A stretch of DNA of 64,000 nucleotides, from NCBI GenBank assembly GCA_900316355.1, contig ONCQ01000003.1:6113-70112 (forward strand), in the 5' to 3' direction. Shown in pieces: positions 8,852-17,098 of the stretch. A program made the translations under genes and the position numbers. How positions within the stretch are numbered: position 1 is the first letter of the stretch; every line of letters begins with the position of its first letter. This DNA comes from an uncultured Prevotellaceae bacterium. GTDB taxonomy: Bacteria; Bacteroidota; Bacteroidia; Bacteroidales; Bacteroidaceae. A model generated the notes under the pieces. The model made no database searches, was not told where the DNA came from, and saw only the letters and a list, made by a program, of their open reading frames with translations.

Positions 8852-9412
8852 TCACCAGCTGAGTGTGCGGGTGCCGTCGGGATTGGCGGTGATGTGCACG
8901 CGGAGCGTGTCATCGGGCAGCAGGTCCTCGATGAGTTCGGGCCATTCGATGAGGCACAGGTGGCCGCTGTAGAGGTAGTCCTCGAAGCCCATGTCATAGG
9001 CCTCCTCGATGCGCTTGATGCGATAGAAATCGAAGTGATAAATAGATGAATGCTCTTTGCGTTCGTCATTGACCTTCGGTCGAGCCTGCTCACGCTCGGG
9101 AAAGTTCAAGCAAGCTTGACTCTCCTCTCGCTTAATCGCAGCCTTCGTCATTCGTAACTCATCATTCGTCATTCGTAACTTGTCATTCACAGCGTATTCG
9201 TTGACGATGGCGAAGGTGGGGGAGGTGACCGGTTCGGTGACCCCCAGTTCGCGGCAAAGGGCTGCGATGAAGGTGGTCTTGCCGGCACCCATGGTGCCGT
9301 AGAAGGCAATGATGCGGCGGTCGCCTAAATTGGCGCGGAACTCACGGGCGGCTGCATCCAGCGCGTCTTCCGTGAAGGTGATGGAGGGTTTATTTTCTGT
9401 GGGTGAGGTCAT
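8852..9412 (-). CDS. tsaE: tRNA threonylcarbamoyladenosine biosynthesis protein TsaE, carrying an in-frame ~110-bp repeat-element insertion
   Basis: P-loop GTMGAGKTTF and the HFDFYR motif. About 43 extra residues lie between VNEY and IYHFDFYR, encoded by the repeat at 9056-9190. Confidence 0.8.
   Translation of the reverse strand: MTSPTENKPSITFTEDALDAAAREFRANLGDRRIIAFYGTMGAGKTTFIAALCRELGVTEPVTSPTFAIVNEYAVNDKLRMTNDELRMTKAAIKREESQACLNFPEREQARPKVNDERKEHSSIYHFDFYRIKRIEEAYDMGFEDYLYSGHLCLIEWPELIEDLLPDDTLRVHITANPDGTRTLSW
9056..9190. repeat. Repeat element inside tsaE coding sequence: a 76-bp core plus a CATTCGTAAC-type tandem array
   Basis: The core at 9071-9146 is 76/76 identical to 31113-31188. 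It is flanked by TTCGTCATT direct repeats. Confidence 0.85.
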
Positions 9413-9508
9413 AAATCTTTAATCTTTAATCTTGTTTCAGGCGGTCTCGTAATAACGTTATATCGTCATACCGTTATCTCGAAAAGAGTCTGGCCGCCAA
9501 CTATCAAT

Positions 9509-11143
9509 TCAACCTCTCTTCCTCGGCGTGAGTTCCACCAGGGGAATCAGCATTTCCTCCATGGAGATGCCGCCGTGCTGGAAGGTGTCGCGGTAGTAGG
9601 AGACGTAGTAGTTGTAGTTGTTGGGGTAGGCGAAGAAGCTGTCTCCGCGGGCGAAGATGTAGCGCGTGGATAGGTTGGGGGAGGGCAGCAGCGCGCGCTG
9701 GGGATTAGTGATCTCGAAGACTTCCTTGGGGTTGTAGTCGAGGTTCTTGCCGAGCTTGTAGCGCAGGTTGGTGTTGGTGTTCTTGTCGCCCTTGACACGC
9801 ACGGGGGACTGACAGCGGATACTGCCGTGGTCGGTGGTCAGGATGATGCGGTAGTCGGAGGTGGCGAGGGCGCGGAAGAGGTCTGCGACGGCGCTGTGGC
9901 GGAACCAGCTGAGGGTGATGCTGCGGTAGGCGGCCTCGTTGCTGGCCAGCTCGCGCACCATGCGGCTCTCTGTGCGAGCGTGGCTGAGCATGTCGATGAA
10001 GTTGAGGACGCAGACATTGACATCGTATTTCTCCATCTGCGGCAACTTCTGCACGAGGCGCTCGGCGGCAGCAGAGTCGTTGACCTTGTTGTAGGTGAAG
10101 GTGTGTTGGCGGCGGTAGCGCTTGAAGAGGGTCTGTATGAGAGGCGCCTCGTTGAGGTTCTTGCCCTCCTCGCTGTCCTCATCGACCCAAAGGTCAGGGA
10201 ACATCTCGGCGATGATGTTAGGCATGAGGCCCGAGAAGATGGCGTTGCGCGCATACTGCGTGGCAGTGGGCAGGATAGAGCAGTAGAGAGCCTCGTCGAT
10301 ATGGAAGAGGTCGGCAATCTCGTTCATGAGGATGCGCCACTGGTCGTAGCGGAAGTTGTCGATGACGATGAGGAACACCTTCTCGCCGCTGTCCAGGAGG
10401 GGGAAGACGCGGCGCTTGAAGATGTCGGGGCTCATGATGGGCGGGCGCCCGGGCATCTCGGCATCGTTGATCCAGTCGAGGTAGTTACGCTCGATGAAGC
10501 GGGAGAACTGGTGGTTGGCCTCCTGCTTCTGCATGGCCAGCATCTCCTTCATGCCGCTGTCGGTCTCGGAGAGCTGCAGCTCCCAGGCCACGAGGCGGCG
10601 ATAGACCTCCATCCAGTCCTCGATGCTGCGGGCCTCGTCGATGAGCATGCCCATCTTGCCGAAGTCCTGCTGGTAGGCGGTCTGTGTCTGTTCGGTGACG
10701 ATTTCGCGCTGATGGATGTTCTTCTTCAGCGAGAGCAGTATCTGCGTGGGGTTGACGGGTTTGATGAGGTAGTCGGCAATCTTGCTGCCTATGGCCTGAT
10801 CCATGATGTTCTCCTCCTCGCTCTTGGTGACCATCACCACGGGTGTGGTGGGCGTCACCTCCTTGATGCGCTGCAGTGTCTCGAGTCCGCTGAGGCCGGG
10901 CATGTTCTCATCGAGGAGGATGAGGTCGTAGGTCTTCTCGCGGCAGCGGTCGATGGCGTCGAAGCCATTGGTGACGGTATCGACGGCATAGCCCTTCTTT
11001 TCCAGAAAGAGGATATGAGCCTTCAGCAGCTCTATCTCATCGTCGATCCAAAGTAAAGAAGCTATGGCAGACCCGGCAGACCCACCCCCGACCCCTCCCG
11101 TGAGGGAGGGGAGAGGCTGGCGCGATGTAGTTTTATTGGACAT
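9509..11143 (-). CDS. porX: Type IX secretion response regulator PorX (CheY receiver plus PglZ/alkaline-phosphatase-like domain)
   Basis: LWIDDEIELLKAHILFLEKKGY receiver N-terminus with a PglZ-like C-terminal domain. The first ~28 codons, including the ATG, are encoded by the palindromic repeat element. Confidence 0.75.
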   Translation of the reverse strand: MSNKTTSRQPLPSLTGGVGGGSAGSAIASLLWIDDEIELLKAHILFLEKKGYAVDTVTNGFDAIDRCREKTYDLILLDENMPGLSGLETLQRIKEVTPTTPVVMVTKSEEENIMDQAIGSKIADYLIKPVNPTQILLSLKKNIHQREIVTEQTQTAYQQDFGKMGMLIDEARSIEDWMEVYRRLVAWELQLSETDSGMKEMLAMQKQEANHQFSRFIERNYLDWINDAEMPGRPPIMSPDIFKRRVFPLLDSGEKVFLIVIDNFRYDQWRILMNEIADLFHIDEALYCSILPTATQYARNAIFSGLMPNIIAEMFPDLWVDEDSEEGKNLNEAPLIQTLFKRYRRQHTFTYNKVNDSAAAERLVQKLPQMEKYDVNVCVLNFIDMLSHARTESRMVRELASNEAAYRSITLSWFRHSAVADLFRALATSDYRIILTTDHGSIRCQSPVRVKGDKNTNTNLRYKLGKNLDYNPKEVFEITNPQRALLPSPNLSTRYIFARGDSFFAYPNNYNYYVSYYRDTFQHGGISMEEMLIPLVELTPRKRG

Positions 11144-11280
11144 AAGATTCTTCGTTATCTCGTTATTCCGTTATTTCGTTATCTCGTTATTTCGTTATTC
11201 CGTTATTTCGACTCCCCCTCTCCGCAGGCTCTCCCCTCCCTCACGGGAGGGGTTGGGGGTGGGTCTAATACATCCAATCT
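11064..11280. repeat. Large palindromic element: ~46-bp inverted arms (GACCCACCCCCGACCCCTCCCGTGAGGGAGGGGAG...) around a CGTTATTTCG tandem array
   Basis: The left arm (11075-11125) and right arm (11221-11268) are reverse complements. The tandem array spans 11148-11215. Confidence 0.85.
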
Positions 11281-14225
11281 TCATCATCATCCGCTTCTTC
11301 CTCTTCTTCCACCTCTTCTTCCTCCTCACTGCTACTCTGCTGGGTGGCGTTTTCCTGGCCGACGGGCACATCATCGATGTCCTTGGGCATGTCGGTGGGC
11401 TCGTCGAGGATGAGGTCCTTGGGCACTTCGAGGGGTGAGAGTTCGGCATCGAAGAACTCGGCGTAGTCGTCGTAGCTGTAGCGCGTGCCCAGCAGCTTCA
11501 GGTTAGCCTCGCTGATGAGGATGGCGCGGATGCCCTCCAGGCGCTCGCGCATGTGGGCGTTGCCATAGAGTTGCTGGGCGTAGGCGTGGACCTCGTCATA
11601 GGTCTGGAAGCCCGTGACGCGCAGCTGGCTGATGGTGCCTGCGGGCACTATCTCGATGTCGAAGTTGCGGGCCATGAAGGAGGTGAAGTTGAAGCGTGCC
11701 ACCTCATAGAGCAGCTGGTCCTCGTCGAGTTCGCCGGTGGGGTAGGCGAGCACGAAGACATAAGGCACCAGCGGGTCAGCGATGAGGCTGTCCTTCGCTG
11801 CTGCGCCGCCCTCCTCGCTATCGACGGCTGTGCGTCGGCTCCAGATGCTGCTGGCATCCCATTTGTCGGTCGTCAGCAGGCGGCCCTCCTGGACACCTTT
11901 CACGAAGGCCTGTGCCAGCTCGGCAATCTCATCCTTGGAGTATTTCTCTATCACGACCTTCAGCTCGGCCAGGAAGGAGTCGCGGTGGCCTGTGTAGAGC
12001 TGTGTCATGGCGTGGATGAACAGGAACTTAGCGCGATGTGCGCCGTCCTCGAAGGTGGTAGTGCTCTCCTCGAAGTTGTCGTTGACAATCCAGTAGTGAC
12101 CCTCCTTATAGGCGTCGTAGGTCTGGGCATAAAGCGTGTCCTCGAGGTGGCGCCCGAACTGTGCCAGCTCCAGATAGCGGGGATTGGTGACGGTCTTGGT
12201 GTGCTCGCTATCGGGGAAGGAGTCGCGCAGGAGTGTCAAATAGCTGTCCATGGCCTCGTCATCGCCGCGCCGCATGGCCAGCAGGAAGAGGTGGTAGTAG
12301 ATGTCGTCCATGTGCTCGAAGTCGGGGAAATCCTTGACCACGCGGTTCAGGGTCTTGCCGGCGAGCGGGAAGTTGCCGATCTTGTCCATCTCCAGCACGC
12401 CGCCGTGGTAGAGGCCGTCGCACAGGAGCTGGTTGGAGGCTGCCAGCTGCTCCTCGGTGAAGGGAATCTGTTTGAGGTAGTATTCGCGGTGGTGCGGGTC
12501 GTTGGCGAGCGAGTCTTTCAGGCGTTGTTCCTCCTCGTCGTAGTCGCCCGCGCCGCCCATACCTTCGCCGAGCGCTGCCAGACTGTCCTCGGCGGCATAG
12601 TCGTAGCCCGTGTCGCTGTCGCCGCTGCTGTTGGCGCTCATGCCTTGCTTGTCGCTGATGCGCCAGTTGTCCTCGTTCGGACGCGTGCCCCATCGGCGCT
12701 GGAACGCCTGCTTGCCCTGCAGCACCGTCTGTGCATTGTAGAAATAGAAGGTGGCCGTCTGCGAGCCGCGCCGCACGGCACCCGCCTGGTTGTTGTTCGT
12801 GGCGGCGCCAGTGCCCGTGGTTGTTGTGCCCGCACCTGCTGCGCCGCCCTGTGCCTGCTCGAACTCCTTCTTCTCCTGCTCCTTCTCTTTCTTCTTGAGT
12901 TCGTCGATGACGCGGTCGATGGCTGCCAGGTACTCTTTCTCCGGCAGCTTGGCCAGCGCCTGGAGGCTGTCCTGCAGCTTCACGGCCGAGAGATGGGGCT
13001 CCACCTCGGTGAGCACCTTGCTGCGATGCTCCACCTCCTTGTAGTCCTTGTTCTCCTTGTCCATCAGCGACACCAGCTCGTTGTAGCAGGCGGTGGCGTC
13101 GATATAGTTCTCGCGCTCCCAGTAGAGTTCGCCCAGATGTTGCAGCACGACGGCCTTGGCGAAGCCGTTCTGCGTGCTCTCCTCGATGCCTTTCTCCCAG
13201 GCATAGATGGTGCTCATCGTGTCGCGGCTGGCCAGATAGATGTTGCCGATGGCGTAGTAGATACGGTCGAGATAGTTGGCATTGTTGGGGTTCTTGGACA
13301 TGCGGCGCAGCTTGCGTATCATCGCCTTGCCCTGCCCGTCGGCCATCACCTCGGTCTGCAGGATGCGCGCATTGAAGGCCAGCTCGTAGGGCGGGTTCAG
13401 GCGTGTGCATTTGCGCAGAGCCTTGTACGCCAGCTGCTTGTCGCCCGCCTGCTGATGGAGTTGTCCCAGGAGGTAGTAGAGGCGTGCACGCTGCAGCTTG
13501 CTGCGTGTGTGCTTGATGGTGGCGGTGAGGGGTTCCAGCGCTTCCTGTAGCTGTCCTGTGGCGATGTAGTAGGCGGCGCGCGATGCCGTCGTCTCACGTT
13601 CTCCGCGCTCCGAGATGCTGTCGCGCTGTATCTTGTTGAAGACATCCTCGGCATCGTAGGGCCAGTCCAGCAGCACATAGCAGCGTGCCAGCTTGGCGCG
13701 TGCCACACTGGCCACCTCAGGCTGTCCGCTGTAGAGGCGCACGATGTAGTTGTAGCTGGCCGCAGCCTCGATGAAATCGCCCGTTTGGAACTGTGCGTCC
13801 GCCATCATCAGCCATGCGCGATAGAGGTAGGGGTTGAACTCCTTGCGGTTGAAGTAGGCCTTCTGCTTATCCGTCATGCGGCTCGACGGCTTCTTGGGCT
13901 TGCGCTTGATGCTGTGTTTCTTGATGGCCTTCTGGCTCTTCTCGATGGCTGTCTCGAAGTTGCCCTTACCCATCGCTGCCGTCTTCTTGTCGGCCACGAT
14001 ATACATGGGTAGCAGCTCCGTGTAGTTGTCGGTGTGCCCTTTCTCCTGTGCCTCCACGCCTTCGAGGAAGGCCACGCGGCCGTTGTAGAGCGTGTTGAAA
14101 TGGGCGGTGGTGCTGTGGTAGAAGCGCGTCATCGCCGTGTTCTTCTTGGTGGAGCACGACAATAGCAGCCCTACAGACAGCAGGACTGAGCAGATAATAT
14201 AATATGTACGCGCGCGATGTCTCAC
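11265..14225 (-). CDS. Large TPR-repeat lipoprotein with an acidic C-terminus; possibly a T9SS/gliding-associated PorW/SprE-like protein
   Basis: Lipobox LLSCS and multiple TPR-like helical repeats. It sits immediately upstream of porX. The PorW assignment is inference from context. The stop codon is read as CTA at 11266-11268. Confidence 0.6.
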   Translation of the reverse strand: MRHRARTYYIICSVLLSVGLLLSCSTKKNTAMTRFYHSTTAHFNTLYNGRVAFLEGVEAQEKGHTDNYTELLPMYIVADKKTAAMGKGNFETAIEKSQKAIKKHSIKRKPKKPSSRMTDKQKAYFNRKEFNPYLYRAWLMMADAQFQTGDFIEAAASYNYIVRLYSGQPEVASVARAKLARCYVLLDWPYDAEDVFNKIQRDSISERGERETTASRAAYYIATGQLQEALEPLTATIKHTRSKLQRARLYYLLGQLHQQAGDKQLAYKALRKCTRLNPPYELAFNARILQTEVMADGQGKAMIRKLRRMSKNPNNANYLDRIYYAIGNIYLASRDTMSTIYAWEKGIEESTQNGFAKAVVLQHLGELYWERENYIDATACYNELVSLMDKENKDYKEVEHRSKVLTEVEPHLSAVKLQDSLQALAKLPEKEYLAAIDRVIDELKKKEKEQEKKEFEQAQGGAAGAGTTTTGTGAATNNNQAGAVRRGSQTATFYFYNAQTVLQGKQAFQRRWGTRPNEDNWRISDKQGMSANSSGDSDTGYDYAAEDSLAALGEGMGGAGDYDEEEQRLKDSLANDPHHREYYLKQIPFTEEQLAASNQLLCDGLYHGGVLEMDKIGNFPLAGKTLNRVVKDFPDFEHMDDIYYHLFLLAMRRGDDEAMDSYLTLLRDSFPDSEHTKTVTNPRYLELAQFGRHLEDTLYAQTYDAYKEGHYWIVNDNFEESTTTFEDGAHRAKFLFIHAMTQLYTGHRDSFLAELKVVIEKYSKDEIAELAQAFVKGVQEGRLLTTDKWDASSIWSRRTAVDSEEGGAAAKDSLIADPLVPYVFVLAYPTGELDEDQLLYEVARFNFTSFMARNFDIEIVPAGTISQLRVTGFQTYDEVHAYAQQLYGNAHMRERLEGIRAILISEANLKLLGTRYSYDDYAEFFDAELSPLEVPKDLILDEPTDMPKDIDDVPVGQENATQQSSSEEEEEVEEEEEADDDEDWMY

Positions 14226-14259
14226 TTCCTATACAACGATGGACTACTACGATTTATTG

Positions 14260-14637
14260 TTATTCGGCACCCTCAAAATTCATTAAAAGCATAGCTTCGT
14301 CGCGCAATGCCTCCGGCAGTTCTATGCCCCGCAGTTGCAGGCTGCGAAGCCAGTCGCCTACCTCGCGGCGTAGGGTGGTGTAGAGCACATTGCGGAACTC
14401 CTCTGTCTCCTCCTCGCTGTAGTCGTCGCCGCGCCGCCCGCGGAAGCGGTCCAGCTCCTCATCGTCGAAGTATTCGATGGGCTCCTCTGCCGCCTTCATC
14501 AGCAGCTCTTTCTCGCAGACGGCATGCTGGCCGCAGCAGATGAAGGAAGACCCTTCCTCAGAAGACCCACCCCCCTGCCCCTCCCTTGTAGGGAGGGGAG
14601 TAGTCACTTTTGCTTGATCTGTATTACTCCTTTTCAT
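14260..14637 (-). CDS. Small acidic hypothetical protein; the true start is probably internal (MKAAEEP...)
   Basis: The ORF lies between aroA and the TPR gene on the same strand. Its N-terminal ~35 codons are encoded by a palindromic repeat. Confidence 0.3.
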   Translation of the reverse strand: MKRSNTDQAKVTTPLPTREGQGGGSSEEGSSFICCGQHAVCEKELLMKAAEEPIEYFDDEELDRFRGRRGDDYSEEETEEFRNVLYTTLRREVGDWLRSLQLRGIELPEALRDEAMLLMNFEGAE

Positions 14638-14690
14638 TTCTTGCAGGTATTTACTCCCCGCCCTACAAGGGAGGGGCAGGGAGGAGGGTC
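14564..14690. repeat. Palindromic element with CCCCTCCCTTGTAGGGAGGGG arms and a ~43-bp spacer
   Basis: Arms at 14564-14607 and 14651-14690 are reverse complements. Confidence 0.8.
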
Positions 14691-15997
14691 TTTTTCACCC
14701 CCGCCTTCTCCAACTCTTCCCAGAACGTGGGGTAGGACTTGGTGACTACTTCGGGGTTGTTGATGTCGATGCTTCCCAACACGAGGGCGGCGGGCGCAAA
14801 GGCCATCGCCATGCGGTGGTCCTCATAGGTGTCGATGGCGGTGCCGGGCAGCGGTTGCAGATAGGGAATCTCGCCGTAGGGCTGTGCCTCTGGTCCGGCC
14901 CATTGCATCACGCTGTCGCCTTCCACCTCCACGCGCACGCCCAGCTTTGCCAGCTCTGTCTGCAGCGCCGCGATGCGGTCGGTCTCCTTGATGCGGAGGC
15001 TTTGGAGTCCGGTGAAGCGGAACGCGATGCCCTTCATGGCGCAGGTCACCACCAGCGTCTGCGCCAAGTCGGGTGTCTTCGTGAAGTCCCACTCGAATCG
15101 TTTCGGCAGGCGGCCCCGTCGCATGAGCATCGCCCGCGGTTCATCATCGTCCGTCATCGGAGGCATACAGAACGAGGCCACCGACAGCTTCTTAAACATC
15201 TCCTGCACGGCGCTGTCACCCTGCAGGCTCTCACTGAAGAGTCCCTTGAGCTGGAAGACATTGTTGCGCTCGTCGCTGAGCAGGAGCAGTTCAAACCAAT
15301 AGGACGCGGCGCTCCAGTCCGCCTCTACCAGATAAGGCGTTGGCCTATAGGGTTGTGGCTCCACGGCGATGGTGCTCGGTCCCCTCCATTGTGCCTTGGC
15401 ACCATATTCTTTCATCATGGACAGCGTCATGTCAATGTAAGGACGGCTCACGATCTCGCCTTTCAGGCGGAGCGTCAGCCCCTCCTGTAGCTTCGGTGCG
15501 ATCATCAGCAGGGCTGAGATATACTGCGAGCTGACATCTCCCGCCAGCTCCACCTGGCCACCTCGCAGAACGGTGCCTGTGATGCGCAGGGGCGGGAAGC
15601 CCTCCTCGCCGACGTATTCTATCTCTGCCCCCAGGCTCCGCAACGCCTCCACCAGCACGCCGATGGGCCGGTGTTGCATACGTTCCGTTCCTGTGATGGT
15701 ATGCGTGCCGGGCGTCACCGCCAGCAACGCCGTTAGGAAGCGCATCGCCGTGCCGGCAGCTTTGACGTTTACGACAGGTGGCAACATACAGTCACTCCCC
15801 TCGCGCCGCTCCATTTCCAGCAGGAACAGCGCTTCCATCATCACGGTGGTGTCGTCGCAGTCCGACACGTTCCTCAGCAGACCCGGAATCCCGCCGCTCA
15901 GCGCGTTCAGCACCAGTGCTCGGTTGCTGATGCTCTTGCTGGCGGGCAGGCGCAAATCGCCGGTCAGATGTGTAGGTTTAGAGATTCGATAACTCAT
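14663..15997 (-). CDS. aroA: 3-phosphoshikimate 1-carboxyvinyltransferase (EPSP synthase)
   Basis: Starts MSYRISKPTHLTGDLRLPASKSISNRALVL. The longer ORF N-terminus (TRFELATPR...) is read-through across the tRNA-Pro gene and was rejected. Confidence 0.85.
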   Translation of the reverse strand: MSYRISKPTHLTGDLRLPASKSISNRALVLNALSGGIPGLLRNVSDCDDTTVMMEALFLLEMERREGSDCMLPPVVNVKAAGTAMRFLTALLAVTPGTHTITGTERMQHRPIGVLVEALRSLGAEIEYVGEEGFPPLRITGTVLRGGQVELAGDVSSQYISALLMIAPKLQEGLTLRLKGEIVSRPYIDMTLSMMKEYGAKAQWRGPSTIAVEPQPYRPTPYLVEADWSAASYWFELLLLSDERNNVFQLKGLFSESLQGDSAVQEMFKKLSVASFCMPPMTDDDEPRAMLMRRGRLPKRFEWDFTKTPDLAQTLVVTCAMKGIAFRFTGLQSLRIKETDRIAALQTELAKLGVRVEVEGDSVMQWAGPEAQPYGEIPYLQPLPGTAIDTYEDHRMAMAFAPAALVLGSIDINNPEVVTKSYPTFWEELEKAGVKKTLLPAPPL

Positions 15998-16067
15998 GCT
16001 AGGGACATTTATCTTGTTTTTTCGGCACAAAAGTATGAAAAAGTTTGCACGTATCAAAAAAAACGCA

Positions 16068-16075
16068 TACCTTTG
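16068..16075 (+). promoter_or_regulatory. TAnnTTTG -7 box (TACCTTTG) upstream of tRNA-Pro
   Basis: Motif match about 50 nt upstream of the tRNA 5' end. Confidence 0.35.
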
Positions 16076-16125
16076 CACCCGCAATTCGGAAAAAGAAGCA
16101 TTTCTTGCCCGTTTCGCAACATTTT

Positions 16126-16200
16126 CGGGATGTAGCTCAGTCCGGTTAGAGTACGCGTCTGGGGGGCGTGGGGTCGCTAGTTCGAATCTAGTCATCCCGA
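16126..16200 (+). tRNA. tRNA-Pro (anticodon GGG)
   Basis: Folded by hand. Acceptor CGGGATG/CATCCCG, D-arm GCTC...GAGT, anticodon loop CTGGGGG, T-arm GCTAG-TTCGAAT-CTAGT, discriminator A. No CCA is encoded. Confidence 0.85.
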
Positions 16201-16210
16201 CAATGAGAAT

Positions 16211-16245
16211 CAGCTGATAATCGAAAGGTTATCGGCTGTTTTGCT
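16211..16245 (+). terminator. Hairpin with a T-tract after tRNA-Pro
   Basis: CAGCTGATAA-loop-TTATCGGCTG followed by TTTTGCTTC. Confidence 0.5.
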
Positions 16246-16263
16246 TCATAAAGAATCATCATC

Positions 16264-17043
16264 ATGTCCACTGTCATCTATCCTTCGCCTATCTTCGGGC
16301 CTGTACACAGCCGCCGCCTGGGCGTCTCACTCGGCATCAACCTGCTGCCTGCCGACGGCAAGGTCTGTTCGTTTGACTGTATCTATTGTGAATGCGGCCT
16401 CAACCGGGAGCGGCGCGCGAAGGAGAAGATGCCCACGCGCGAGGCGGTGCGCACGGCCTTGGAGGCGCGCCTGCAGCAGATGGCTGCCGAGGGACCTACG
16501 CCCGATGTGCTGACCTTTGCCGGCAATGGCGAGCCCACGTTGCATCCCGACTTCCCTGCTATCATTGAGGACACGCGCGTGCTGCGCGACCGTTACTGCC
16601 CCAAGGCGCGCATCAGTGTGCTGAGCAATGCCACGCAGATCCTGCGCCCCGATGTGTTCGCGGCGCTCTGTCGGGTGGATAACAACATCCTGAAATTAGA
16701 CACGGTGGACGCTGATTTCATTCGGCAGGTGGACTGTCCCACAGGGCATTATGCGGTGGAGGCGATTGTGGAAGGGCTCGCGCGCTTCCGCGGACATGCC
16801 ATCATCCAGACGATGTTCCTCACGGGAACCGATGCCCAAGGGAACACCGTGGACAACACGTCGGCGCACTATGTGACGCCCTGGCTGGAGGCGTTGCGCA
16901 TGATTGGTCCCGAGGCGGTGATGATCTACACCATAGACCGCGAGACGCCCGTCAGCACCCTGCGCAAAGCCGCGCCCGAAGTGTTGGATGCAATTGCAGA
17001 GCAGGTGCGCGCATTGGGCATCCGCTGCTCCGTGGCCTACTAA
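16264..17043 (+). CDS. Radical SAM protein (COG0731-like Fe-S oxidoreductase)
   Basis: CSFDCIYCEC cluster motif after a FGPVHSRRLGVSLGINLLP N-terminus. Confidence 0.7.
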   Translation: MSTVIYPSPIFGPVHSRRLGVSLGINLLPADGKVCSFDCIYCECGLNRERRAKEKMPTREAVRTALEARLQQMAAEGPTPDVLTFAGNGEPTLHPDFPAIIEDTRVLRDRYCPKARISVLSNATQILRPDVFAALCRVDNNILKLDTVDADFIRQVDCPTGHYAVEAIVEGLARFRGHAIIQTMFLTGTDAQGNTVDNTSAHYVTPWLEALRMIGPEAVMIYTIDRETPVSTLRKAAPEVLDAIAEQVRALGIRCSVAY

Positions 17044-17098
17044 CTCCTTGAACTTTTGAACTCCTTGAACTTTTGAACTCCTTGAACTCCTCAAACTC

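Noticed and set aside
15998-16195. N-terminal 66-codon extension of the aroA ORF (MTRFELATPRPPDAYSNRTELHPE...)
   Set aside because: The extension is the antisense translation of the tRNA-Pro gene and its promoter region. The conserved AroA N-terminus starts at the internal Met (MSYRISKP).
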